Shown in pieces: positions 1 to 8,438 of a stretch of DNA of 64,000 bases. The stretch is from a bacterium CG_4_9_14_3_um_filter_65_15 (GTDB taxonomy: Bacteria > Krumholzibacteriota > Krumholzibacteriia > LZORAL124-64-63): NCBI GenBank assembly GCA_002790835.1, contig PFVX01000022.1:4308-68307 (forward strand). Reading direction: 5' to 3'. The notes beneath the pieces were generated by a model that worked only from the letters and a program-made list of their open reading frames with translations, had not been told where the DNA came from and did no database searches. Positions within the stretch are counted from its first letter, which is position 1. Each line of letters opens with the position of its first letter. The position numbers were made by a program, and so were the translations under genes.

Positions 1-1
1 C

Positions 2-748
2 GCCGCAATCAGCGAGACGCTCCTCGAAAGCGAGTTGTTCGGGTACCGCAAGGGTGCATTCACAGGTGCCGACTCCGATCGTGAGGGTGTCTTCGAGGCG
101 GCGTGCGGAGGGTCGATCTTTCTCGACGAAATCGGTGAGGCCGGTGCTGCGGTTCAAGCCAAGCTCCTGCGGGTTCTGGAAGAGAAGAAGATCAATCGCG
201 TGGGTGACCCGCGCGAACGGGCGGTGGATGTTCGCATCCTTGCGGCCACCAATCGGCCCCTGGAAGATGCCATCGTCGCGGGCGATTTCCGGGAAGATCT
301 CTATTATCGCCTCCTGGTGTTTCCGCTGGACGTGCCGCCATTGCGGGAACGAACACAGGATATTTTTCTCCTGGCGACCCACTTCCTGTCCGCTTTGGGG
401 CGCCACGAAGCGACCCTGGATCCAGCGATCATCCAGCGGTTGGAGTGCCATCGGTGGCCGGGCAACGTCCGCGAGCTGCGAAACCTTTTGGAGCGGGCCC
501 ATATCCTGGCCGGCAGCCATCCCATCGGCCCCGAGCATATTCTCCTGGATGTGGCCGGGCCGTCCCGGGACCGTGGGGTGGGTCCGGTTCGGGACAGCTT
601 GGATCTGGACAACAACGCGCGTGAGCTCATCCGTTTGGCCCTTGCCCGAAGCGGGGGCAACAAGAGTGAGGCGGCGAAACTGCTGGGGATCACCCGCAGG
701 ACACTGTATTCCCGGCTCAAGCTGTTGGGCTTGGAAGTGCAGAAGTGA
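2..748 (+). CDS. Sigma-54-dependent transcriptional activator (NtrC/Fis family), 5'-truncated by the window edge
   Basis: The frame is open from position 2 (AAISETLLESELFG). It has the GAFTGA loop, FLDEIGE Walker B, AATN, FREDLYYRL, WPGNVREL and a C-terminal Fis HTH (GNKSEAAKLLGITRRTLYSRL). Confidence 0.95.
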   Translation, partial: AAISETLLESELFGYRKGAFTGADSDREGVFEAACGGSIFLDEIGEAGAAVQAKLLRVLEEKKINRVGDPRERAVDVRILAATNRPLEDAIVAGDFREDLYYRLLVFPLDVPPLRERTQDIFLLATHFLSALGRHEATLDPAIIQRLECHRWPGNVRELRNLLERAHILAGSHPIGPEHILLDVAGPSRDRGVGPVRDSLDLDNNARELIRLALARSGGNKSEAAKLLGITRRTLYSRLKLLGLEVQK

Positions 749-867
749 ACCTGGAGGTCCACACCATGACCGCACGACTGATTCGTGACCTCTGCTGGAG
801 TTTTGTAGATTTTTCTAATGTATTGTGGTGTAACCGCTTTGGAGATCGACAAACTCCAGGGCCGACC

Positions 868-883
868 TGGCACGGAGTCTGCT
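868..883 (+). promoter_or_regulatory. Sigma-54 (-24/-12) promoter
   Basis: TGGCACGGAGTCTGCT has GG-N10-GC spacing and matches TGGCACG-N4-TTGC. An AT-rich tract lies upstream (800-830), and the site is directly downstream of a sigma-54 activator gene. Confidence 0.75.
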
Positions 884-899
884 CAGTCGGTGAAGGGGT

Positions 900-1979
900 A
901 TGCCCGTGACAGCCAAGTTGAGAGAAAGAAGCATCGTGTATTCCCATTCTCCAATTCCCCGATTTCAGCTGGGGCTACCTTTTTTGGCGGCAGTGCTTCT
1001 GGCTGTGTCGTTGCCGTTAGGATCCGCACGGGGACAAAGCGTGGATCGGGGGACGGTGGAGGACTTCATCGATCAGACCGGTGCTTTGTTGGACTGGGCC
1101 GGGGAAATCGTTCGGGACAGCGGCAGCCTCAGGGCGCGGCGGGTCCTGGGCGAAGCCACCCGGCTGCATAGCAGAAGTCAGTCCATGCTGACCCAGGACC
1201 ACTTGGCGGTGACCCTTTCGACATCTCGGCGCGCCCGCGCTGCGACTTTCCATGCCGCACGCCTTGCCCGGGAGGCATTGGTGTTCAGCGAGCGTTTTCA
1301 GCTCCTGTCGGAGCGGTTTGCCCGGCGGCGCGAGGATCTGCAGGACAAAGCCCAGGAGGGACGGAATCAGATGGCCCTGGACCTCCTGGTTCGGGCGGAA
1401 GACCAGGATATTCGTGCCCACGAACAATACACCCAGGGCGACGCGCGTCAGGCATGTCGCATTCTGGAGCAAGTGGAAACCCTTCAGAATCGGGCAGCCG
1501 GGTTGTTGGGCGTGGGGCCCGTCCCTGAGAATCTGGATGCCCTGTTGTCGCATACGGCCGACAGGTTGGACCGGGCGCGGGAAATGTTGGGTCCCGGCGC
1601 ATCGGCGCGCTCCCTCTCCCTGCTGAAAGACGCGGAATCGGCCCTGGACCGGGCACGGGATTTCCAATCGCGGGGTATGCCCGGCCGGGCACTGAAAACC
1701 GGCGAACTGGCCCGTGATCTCATCGAGAAGGCCATGTTGGGGCCGATGGGACCCGATGACCCGGCTGAGGTCGCACAACGTCAGATTGAAAACTGGGACG
1801 CTCGCGAGAGCCGTATTCCCCCAGACCTGGACGCAGCCCTGGTCGACCTGATGTCGGGGGCGCGGGAGCATCGGCGGTCGGCCCAGGCCATGTTGGAGGA
1901 TGGGCGGCCCTTGATGGCGCTGCGTCAGATCAAGTTGGCTCACGACCTGCTTGACCAGGTGGAAAGGCGATCCCGGTAG
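900..1979 (+). CDS. Secreted all-alpha-helical repeat protein, function unknown
   Basis: 359-aa ORF with a signal-peptide-like hydrophobic stretch ending ARG/QS, then about four helical repeats of ~75 aa. Exact start uncertain. Confidence 0.75.
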   Translation: MPVTAKLRERSIVYSHSPIPRFQLGLPFLAAVLLAVSLPLGSARGQSVDRGTVEDFIDQTGALLDWAGEIVRDSGSLRARRVLGEATRLHSRSQSMLTQDHLAVTLSTSRRARAATFHAARLAREALVFSERFQLLSERFARRREDLQDKAQEGRNQMALDLLVRAEDQDIRAHEQYTQGDARQACRILEQVETLQNRAAGLLGVGPVPENLDALLSHTADRLDRAREMLGPGASARSLSLLKDAESALDRARDFQSRGMPGRALKTGELARDLIEKAMLGPMGPDDPAEVAQRQIENWDARESRIPPDLDAALVDLMSGAREHRRSAQAMLEDGRPLMALRQIKLAHDLLDQVERRSR

Positions 1980-1984
1980 CATCC

Positions 1985-3280
1985 TTGCGCCACATATTGC
2001 GGGTCACCCTCACGTTTATCCTGTGGGTCTGGGCCTTGGGAAATCCTTTGGTCGGGAGTTCCTTGGCGTCGGCTGCGACGGACCAGGACATCTGGACCCT
2101 ACGCCTTGCCGGGGGTTACGAGGTCTTCACCAACGCATTCTCACTTGCCGAAAACGACACCACCGAAACGATCGCCGAAGCCACTTTCACCACGAGTGTG
2201 ATGGGCCGTTCCGGCCGTGGTTCTCGGCACCGGTGGCTCCTATCTGCCGAGTCTTCTCTGGGTACTGAACTTATCCGTGAACGCATAGACGGAGATTTCC
2301 GCTGGTGCGACGAAAGTGGGGCACCCCGATTGCGTTTCAGCTGCTCCGGGCGTGCCCGCCAGTATCGTCAAGAGACCGTTTACGGACTCAGCAGCGATTC
2401 CGGGGAAGGTCGCATGGATCTGCGCGGATATCCCGTGGCGGGAGGCGACTATTCCCTGGAAACCCGCGCCTGGACCAGCGGGCTGTACTATCAGGTTCCC
2501 TCCACCCTTGAGCTGGATCAACGGGAAAAGGGCGGCTCCCTGGTCATGCGGCACGGTCAGCCGACCGGAGCAAACTGGAGCATGGGAGCCCATTTTGCCC
2601 GTCGCACCTATCCCGATTCCACCGGGCTGGATCGCAACACTACCGGTTGTGAAGGGTCGTGGGAGGGATCCCGGTTGCGGATATATCAGCGCAGCGATCG
2701 TCGCGCGGTCAAGGACGAGGAAACCCGTTCCCCTGCCTGGAACCACTGGACGGACCTGGATCTGGAATTGCCCTTCTCCTCAGGCGCCGTGTTCCTGGAG
2801 TTGCAGGACGAGATCTGGAAGTACGACCTCGTCCAGGGCGCCTTTCCCGATTACCTGCGCACCTCCGCCCGTTTGGGCTATGACTGGGGCGATTTGCTCG
2901 CCGTGCGTTGGCGGGTGGGCCTGAGCGGCGAGATCATGCGCAGCGATGATGACTCCGAATCCTATGATCAATATGGAGTTTTGGCCGGGGTGGAGTCCTA
3001 CGGCCTGGATATGTCGGGTTCATTGCTGGTGGAAAGCGGTTGGCGTCGGTATCGGGGGCAGGATGGGGAATTTGATGCTGCCGATGGAACTTGGTCGGAC
3101 TATTCGGGCACGGGGTTTACCGACTTCAACTATTGGAAGATCTGGTTGACGGGGGGTTGGAATCTGACCCCACGTTTGGCGCTGGATCTGTTGGCCAGCT
3201 ACGAACCCGAACGCCACGGGGAAAAGTCGGACGACACGACCCTGGGCTTTGCCAGCGTCCGACTGGTATGGCGGCCCTAA
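1985..3280 (+). CDS. Putative outer-membrane beta-barrel protein, function unknown
   Basis: Signal peptide, Trp/Tyr/Gly-rich amphipathic strands and a C-terminal strand ASVRLVWRP. Starts 5 bp after the previous gene. Confidence 0.7.
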   Translation: MRHILRVTLTFILWVWALGNPLVGSSLASAATDQDIWTLRLAGGYEVFTNAFSLAENDTTETIAEATFTTSVMGRSGRGSRHRWLLSAESSLGTELIRERIDGDFRWCDESGAPRLRFSCSGRARQYRQETVYGLSSDSGEGRMDLRGYPVAGGDYSLETRAWTSGLYYQVPSTLELDQREKGGSLVMRHGQPTGANWSMGAHFARRTYPDSTGLDRNTTGCEGSWEGSRLRIYQRSDRRAVKDEETRSPAWNHWTDLDLELPFSSGAVFLELQDEIWKYDLVQGAFPDYLRTSARLGYDWGDLLAVRWRVGLSGEIMRSDDDSESYDQYGVLAGVESYGLDMSGSLLVESGWRRYRGQDGEFDAADGTWSDYSGTGFTDFNYWKIWLTGGWNLTPRLALDLLASYEPERHGEKSDDTTLGFASVRLVWRP

Positions 3281-3303
3281 TCACCGTCCTAGTGGAAATT
3301 CGT

Positions 3304-3480
3304 TTACCAGCGGACCTGGGAGGACGACGTCGCCGCCGGGGTGGATCGTGGTTCTTTGACCTTCACGATTTCCGGCTTATTCAATTCTGCGATGACCAGC
3401 ACCACCACGCTGGAAGCGACCAGGAAGCCGAGGAAGACGACGATCCAGATCCAGGGGTTGTCGTAAAGCCACTTGCGCAT
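3304..3480 (-). CDS. Small single-TM CcoH/FixH-like protein (58 aa; not in ORF track)
   Basis: Translated by hand: MRKWLYDNPWIWIVVFLGFLVASSVVVLVIAELNKPEIVKVKEPRSTPAATSSSQVRW*. GGGGA RBS; sits directly after ccoG; the W-Y-x-x-P-W-x-W plus TM pattern resembles the FixH N-terminus. Confidence 0.7.
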   Translation of the reverse strand: MRKWLYDNPWIWIVVFLGFLVASSVVVLVIAELNKPEIVKVKEPRSTPAATSSSQVRW

Positions 3481-3504
3481 GGGTGTCCCCAGGCTGCTTC
3501 CCGG

Positions 3505-4902
3505 TCAAGGGCCGAGAAAGCGCACCTTGATGTTCTGGGTTTCGCCGGTGATGGAGTCGGTGACCGTGAAGGAGAAGTTCTCCGGTTGAGAATAGCTGGT
3601 GCGGGGCATCTCCGCAAACGCGGTCAGAGGGACGTCGGACAGGGGGTCCAGCTCGATGCGGTCCTGAGGGATGATGAAATCGGTGCCGGGGCAATCCGCC
3701 AGGGCGTCGGGGGCGGCGGTCAGGAGGTAGACCCTGCGCTGGGTCGACTTGTTCTGCAGATGCATGGAGTAGAGGTTGCGGATCTTGCCCTCCTGGAATG
3801 TGAAGGGCAGGCCCTGCGAGCGCAAGATCGTGACCTGGAAGCTCTCCCGTTGGGCGGCGCGATTCACGAACAGGCCGCAGAGGGCCAGGATGACGGCGGC
3901 GTAGATGAAGAAGCGGGGGCGCAGCAGCTGGGACTTGCCGGTCTCGAAGCCGCGGGAGGAATCGAACCGGATCAGACCGCGGGGCTTGCCGATTTTGTCC
4001 ATGATCTCGTCGCAGGCGTCGATGCAGTTGGTGCAGCCGATGCACTCCATCTGCAGGCCGTTGCGGATATCGATCCCGGTGGGGCAGACTTCCACGCAGC
4101 GCTGGCAGTCGATGCAGTCGCCGCCGGTCTCCACACCCTTGTGCCGGGGCTCGCCGCGCCGCTCGTCGTACCCGATGACGATGGTGTCGAAGTCCACGAG
4201 GGTGGCCTGGAGGCGCCCGTAGGGGCAGATGATCAGGCAGGTCTGCTCGCGGAACCAGCTGTAGTCGAAGTACAGCATCGCGGTCCAGAACATGCTCCAG
4301 ACCAGGGGCGTCAGGTCGCCGTGGAAGAAGGGAATGTCCCGCAGCATCTGGCGGGTGGGGATGAAGTAGCACATGAAGGCGATGGACAGGTTCCAGGCCA
4401 GGAACAGGAATGCGGTGTGTTTGACGACCTTGCGGATCCACTTGTCGGGTCCGCCCTTCTTGTTGCGACGCATGCGCTCGATGCGCCGCCCCTCGAACAG
4501 GCGCTCCAGGGGGCGGTAGACTCCTTCCATGAACACGGTCTGGGGGCAGGCGAAGCCGCACCACACCCGGCCGAACACCGTGGTGACGACGAACAACCCG
4601 ATGCCCAGGCCGATGAGGACGAAGAAGAACAGGTGGAAGTCCTGGTTGGTGAAGGAGGCGCCCATGAGATAGGCCGCCCGGTGGGGTAGGTCGATCAGCA
4701 CCATGGGATGCCCGCCGACGGTGATCCACGGGGCGAGCAGATAGACCGCGATCAGCAGGACGAAGATGAAATAGCGCCGCGTCGTCCAGCGACCCTTGAC
4801 CTCGGCCACCTGGAGGAAGTTCCGGGAGCCGTCCGGATTGATGGAATAGACGGTGTCGAGGTCCGGACGGCGTTTCGGATCCTGCGTGTCACTTGAACTC
4901 AC
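3505..4902 (-). CDS. ccoG: Cytochrome c oxidase accessory protein CcoG/FixG (4Fe-4S cupric reductase)
   Basis: GRVWCGFACPQTVF, CLIICPYGRLQ, CIDCQRCVEVCPTGIDIRNGLQMECIGCTNCIDAC, and a C-terminal Ig-like domain. Confidence 0.95.
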   Translation of the reverse strand: MSSSDTQDPKRRPDLDTVYSINPDGSRNFLQVAEVKGRWTTRRYFIFVLLIAVYLLAPWITVGGHPMVLIDLPHRAAYLMGASFTNQDFHLFFFVLIGLGIGLFVVTTVFGRVWCGFACPQTVFMEGVYRPLERLFEGRRIERMRRNKKGGPDKWIRKVVKHTAFLFLAWNLSIAFMCYFIPTRQMLRDIPFFHGDLTPLVWSMFWTAMLYFDYSWFREQTCLIICPYGRLQATLVDFDTIVIGYDERRGEPRHKGVETGGDCIDCQRCVEVCPTGIDIRNGLQMECIGCTNCIDACDEIMDKIGKPRGLIRFDSSRGFETGKSQLLRPRFFIYAAVILALCGLFVNRAAQRESFQVTILRSQGLPFTFQEGKIRNLYSMHLQNKSTQRRVYLLTAAPDALADCPGTDFIIPQDRIELDPLSDVPLTAFAEMPRTSYSQPENFSFTVTDSITGETQNIKVRFLGP

Positions 4903-5488
4903 ACGGTTCTCCCTGGGATTCCTTGCCCGGGACGTTGGTGTCCCTGAGGGTCAGCACGTAGGCCAAGACCGATTGGGTCCGGGTGGGGCCCAACTGGTTC
5001 ATCCAGGCGGGCATGCCCTTGGCGGCGACTCCGGTCTGGATGACTTTCAGCATCTGCATGGGCTCGCAGCCGTGGATCCAGTAACCGTCGGTCAGGTTGG
5101 GACCGACCAGGCCCTGTCCCTTGTCCAGATGGCAGGCCACGCAATGCTTGACGAAGAGTTCATGGCCTTCGGTGATCTTCGACGGCACCTGGCTCATCAT
5201 GACCAGGGTCTCGTTGGTGATGCCCGCCTTGGCCGCCCTGGCCAGCTGGTCTTCCTGGGCCTGGAGCATGACCTGCTCGAACCGTGCCTGCGGCAGGGGC
5301 TGCAGCTTCAGCGTGTGGAACGTGATCCAGTAGAAGAGGGCGAAAATCATGCTGCCCCACATGATCCACAACCACCAGTTGGGCAGGCGGTTGTCGAACT
5401 CCTGGATTCCGTCGTACTCGTGGCCCATGACGGAGTCCTGCTGGTAGTGGGTCCGGTTGTCCCGGGGTGTGTGGTTTTCCTGGGTCAT
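4889..5488 (-). CDS. ccoP: cbb3-type cytochrome c oxidase subunit III (monoheme)
   Basis: GHEYDGIQEFDNRLPNWW N-terminus, a single CVACH, GPNLTD, and KGMPAW. Confidence 0.93.
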   Translation of the reverse strand: MTQENHTPRDNRTHYQQDSVMGHEYDGIQEFDNRLPNWWLWIMWGSMIFALFYWITFHTLKLQPLPQARFEQVMLQAQEDQLARAAKAGITNETLVMMSQVPSKITEGHELFVKHCVACHLDKGQGLVGPNLTDGYWIHGCEPMQMLKVIQTGVAAKGMPAWMNQLGPTRTQSVLAYVLTLRDTNVPGKESQGEPCEFK

Positions 5489-5706
5489 TGGCCCGGTCCT
5501 CCCAAGTCTTGGTTTCTCCGGTTAACGGGCTCGTGCAGGACGGCGTCGTCCGCCAGGGGCAGGGACGCGATCTCCCGCAGCTTGTCCTTGTCGCGCAGGC
5601 CGAGGAACACGAAGGCCAGCACGATGACGAAGATGGCGACGAAGATCAGCAGGCCGACCAGGGGCCAGACCAGATGTTCGCTGCCGGAGAAGTACTGCTG
5701 AAACAT
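5485..5706 (-). CDS. ccoQ: cbb3-type oxidase subunit CcoQ
   Basis: 73 aa with one TM helix followed by EIASLPLADD; lies between ccoNO and ccoP. Confidence 0.85.
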   Translation of the reverse strand: MFQQYFSGSEHLVWPLVGLLIFVAIFVIVLAFVFLGLRDKDKLREIASLPLADDAVLHEPVNRRNQDLGGPGQ

Positions 5707-5709
5707 GGT

Positions 5710-8142
5710 CTACTTCCCGTCTCCCGCCGCGGTCTGGGCGGCCTGCTGGGGCTGCGCGCCGGCGGCATCGGTCGCGGAGGTGACCGGCGGGGCCAGCACA
5801 GGTTGCGGCCCGCGACCCAGACGCTGGAGATAGGCGATCACTCCCGCCAGCTTGCTGTCCGGGAGAATGGTCACGCCCTTGCCTTCCAGGTCGGCCGCGA
5901 TCAGTTCGCCCTGGCTCCGGAAACGCTGCTCGGCCATGTCGAGATCCTCGTCGGAGTAGGGCACGCCCAGGACGCGCAAGACTTCCATGCGGTGCCGGGT
6001 TGTCGCCGCATCGAGGGTCTCGGTCTTGAAGTGGGTATAGGTCGGCATGATGGATCCGGGCGAGGTGGAGCGCGGGCCCATCAGGTGCAGGAAGTGCCAC
6101 AAGCTGTCGTACTTGCCGCCTTCGCGGGCCAGGTCGGGTCCGGTGCGTTTGCTGCCCCACTGGAAAGGATGATCCAGGAGGGATTCCTCCATGCGGGAAT
6201 AGTCGCCGTAGCGCAGGACCTCGTGCCGGAAGGGCCGGATCATCTGGCTGTGGCACACATAGCAACCCTCGGAGACGTACACGTCACGCCCGGCGAGTTC
6301 GAGAGGGCTGTAGGGCTTCTGGGTCCATTTCGCCTGTTCGGCCAGGGCCGGGTTCGCCGCCACCATCTCGTCGGTGATCTGCACCGGCACCTGATTGCTG
6401 CTGATCAGGGTGGGGATGATCTCCACGGCGCCGCCCACCAGGATGGCCAGCAGGGCCAGGATGGTGAAGACCAGGGCGTGGCGCTCGACCAGCCCGTACC
6501 AGTGGCCCCACTTGCGCTGCTGCAACCCGTAGGAGATGAGCGCGGCGATGCAGATCACGATGAAGAGGGAAAGCACCACGGGGCTGACCATGGGGCCGAC
6601 GGCGCCGAAGAGGACGGCCAGCACCAGGATGGCGGTGATGAACAGCATGGGCGCGCTGGTCAACAGGGCCCAGGCGCTTTCGCCGTGGGGTTCGGTCTTG
6701 CGGGCCGGGACCTGGATGCTCACCACGGCGGGGCTGCCCTGCCGTGCGGTCATGATCAGGTTGTAGACCATCAGGAAGATGCTCGAGAAGTACAGGAGGC
6801 CGCCCAACAGCCGCGTGTGGTACATGGCCAGACTGTTGGTCAGGCCCTCGATAAAGTCGGGGTACTTGAGGAAGCCCTCGGCGTCCAGGGCGCGCCAGAA
6901 CAGGCCCTGGCTGACGCCGCTGACCCACATCGAGACGATGTAGAGCAGGATCCCGACGGTGGCGATCCAGAAGTGGACCTCGGCCAGCTTCCTGGAGTAG
7001 AGCTTGGTGCCGTACAGCCGAGGCCACATCCAGTACAGGATGCCGAAGGTCATGAAGCCGTTCCAGCCCAGGGCGCCGCCGTGGACGTGGCCGATGATCC
7101 AGTCGGTGTAGTGGGCCAGGGCGTTGACGCTCTTGATGGACAGCAGGGGGCCTTCGAAGGTGGCCATGCCGTAGAAGGTCACCGCCACGACGAAGAACTT
7201 GATCACCGGGTCGGTGCGCAGCTTGTCCCACGCCCCGCGTAGGGTCAAAAGGCCGTTGAGCATGCCGCCCCAGCTGGGGGCCCACAGCATCACCGAAAAG
7301 ATCATGCCCAGGGTCTGCGCCCAGTCGGGCAGCGCGGTGTACAGCAGGTGGTGGGGGCCGGCCCAGATGTAGATGAAGATCAGGGACCAGAAGTGGACTA
7401 CCGAGAGCCGGTACGAATAGACCGGGCGATCGGCCGCCTTGACCATGAAGTAGTACATCAGCCCGAGGGGCGGGGTCGTCAGGAAGAACGCCACCGCGTT
7501 GTGCCCGTACCACCACTGAACCAGGGCGTCCTGGACGCCGCCGTAGATCGAGTAGCTGTGGGTCAGGCTGGTGGGAATCTGCAGGTTGTTGACGATGTAC
7601 AGGACGGCGATGGTTACGATCGTCGCGATGTAGAACCAGATCGAAACGTACAGGTTCTTCTCGTTGCGCTTGGCCAGGGTCCAGAAGAAATTCGCCCCGA
7701 AGATCACCCAGACCACCACCACCAGCAGGTCGATGGGCCAGATCAGCTCGGCGTATTCCTTGCCCTGGGTCAGGCCCAGGGGATAGGTGACCGCGGCCAG
7801 GACAATTATCAGTTGCCAGCCCCAGAAGTTGGCCCAGCTGAGGACGTCGCTCGCCATGCGCACCTTCAGCAGGCGCTGGGTCGAATAGTAGATTCCCGCG
7901 AACATGCCGTTACCCACGAAGGCGAAGATGGCCGCGTTGGTGTGCAGCTGGCGCAAGCGGCCGAAGCTCAGCCATTCCAGGCCGAAATTGGCCTGCCAGA
8001 AGGAAAGCTGGGACGCGATCAGGACGCCCACCAGTAAGGCCACGACGCCCCAAAGGACGGTGACGATGGAAAAGGCGCGGACGACAGCATCGTCGAAAAC
8101 GACGGTCTTCATCCCAGTATCGGGGCTGGTTACGGCTTCCAT
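5710..8142 (-). CDS. ccoN: Fused cbb3-type cytochrome c oxidase subunits I/II (CcoN-CcoO)
   Basis: CcoN motifs FGRLRQLHTN, QWWYGHNAVAF, WAGPHHL and IGHVH. CcoO motifs EGCYVCHSQMIRP and WGSKRTGPDL. AGGAGG RBS. Confidence 0.97.
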   Translation of the reverse strand: MEAVTSPDTGMKTVVFDDAVVRAFSIVTVLWGVVALLVGVLIASQLSFWQANFGLEWLSFGRLRQLHTNAAIFAFVGNGMFAGIYYSTQRLLKVRMASDVLSWANFWGWQLIIVLAAVTYPLGLTQGKEYAELIWPIDLLVVVVWVIFGANFFWTLAKRNEKNLYVSIWFYIATIVTIAVLYIVNNLQIPTSLTHSYSIYGGVQDALVQWWYGHNAVAFFLTTPPLGLMYYFMVKAADRPVYSYRLSVVHFWSLIFIYIWAGPHHLLYTALPDWAQTLGMIFSVMLWAPSWGGMLNGLLTLRGAWDKLRTDPVIKFFVVAVTFYGMATFEGPLLSIKSVNALAHYTDWIIGHVHGGALGWNGFMTFGILYWMWPRLYGTKLYSRKLAEVHFWIATVGILLYIVSMWVSGVSQGLFWRALDAEGFLKYPDFIEGLTNSLAMYHTRLLGGLLYFSSIFLMVYNLIMTARQGSPAVVSIQVPARKTEPHGESAWALLTSAPMLFITAILVLAVLFGAVGPMVSPVVLSLFIVICIAALISYGLQQRKWGHWYGLVERHALVFTILALLAILVGGAVEIIPTLISSNQVPVQITDEMVAANPALAEQAKWTQKPYSPLELAGRDVYVSEGCYVCHSQMIRPFRHEVLRYGDYSRMEESLLDHPFQWGSKRTGPDLAREGGKYDSLWHFLHLMGPRSTSPGSIMPTYTHFKTETLDAATTRHRMEVLRVLGVPYSDEDLDMAEQRFRSQGELIAADLEGKGVTILPDSKLAGVIAYLQRLGRGPQPVLAPPVTSATDAAGAQPQQAAQTAAGDGK

Positions 8143-8195
8143 AGGGCGTTCCTTCCTCCTCGGCTAGTTGGACCGGCATGACAGGAGAGCCGGGG

Positions 8196-8438
8196 TCATG
8201 ACCCGGGGGAATCGTCCACGGAGGACGAATCGACACCATTTAATCCAATTCCCATTCGACTGTCATCATTCAATTTATTGCGTCCCGTTTCATGCATCCC
8301 GTCGTCCTCGGCAAGCGGCAGCAGGGAAAGGCGTTCGCCGTGTTCGAAGTCGCCATCGACGAGGCGGGAGAAGAAAAACACCAGGCCGGATATGACCAGA
8401 GTCAGGCTGATGAACACGAGGGCGATTATGATGTCCAC
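8196..8438 (-). CDS. ccoS: cbb3 oxidase maturation protein CcoS/FixS
   Basis: GTG start after AAGGAGG, overlapping the ccoI stop. MDIIIALVFISLTLVISGLVFFFSRLVDGDFEH matches the FixS pattern. The ORF-track start at 8723 is too far upstream. Confidence 0.85.
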   Translation of the reverse strand: MDIIIALVFISLTLVISGLVFFFSRLVDGDFEHGERLSLLPLAEDDGMHETGRNKLNDDSRMGIGLNGVDSSSVDDSPGS

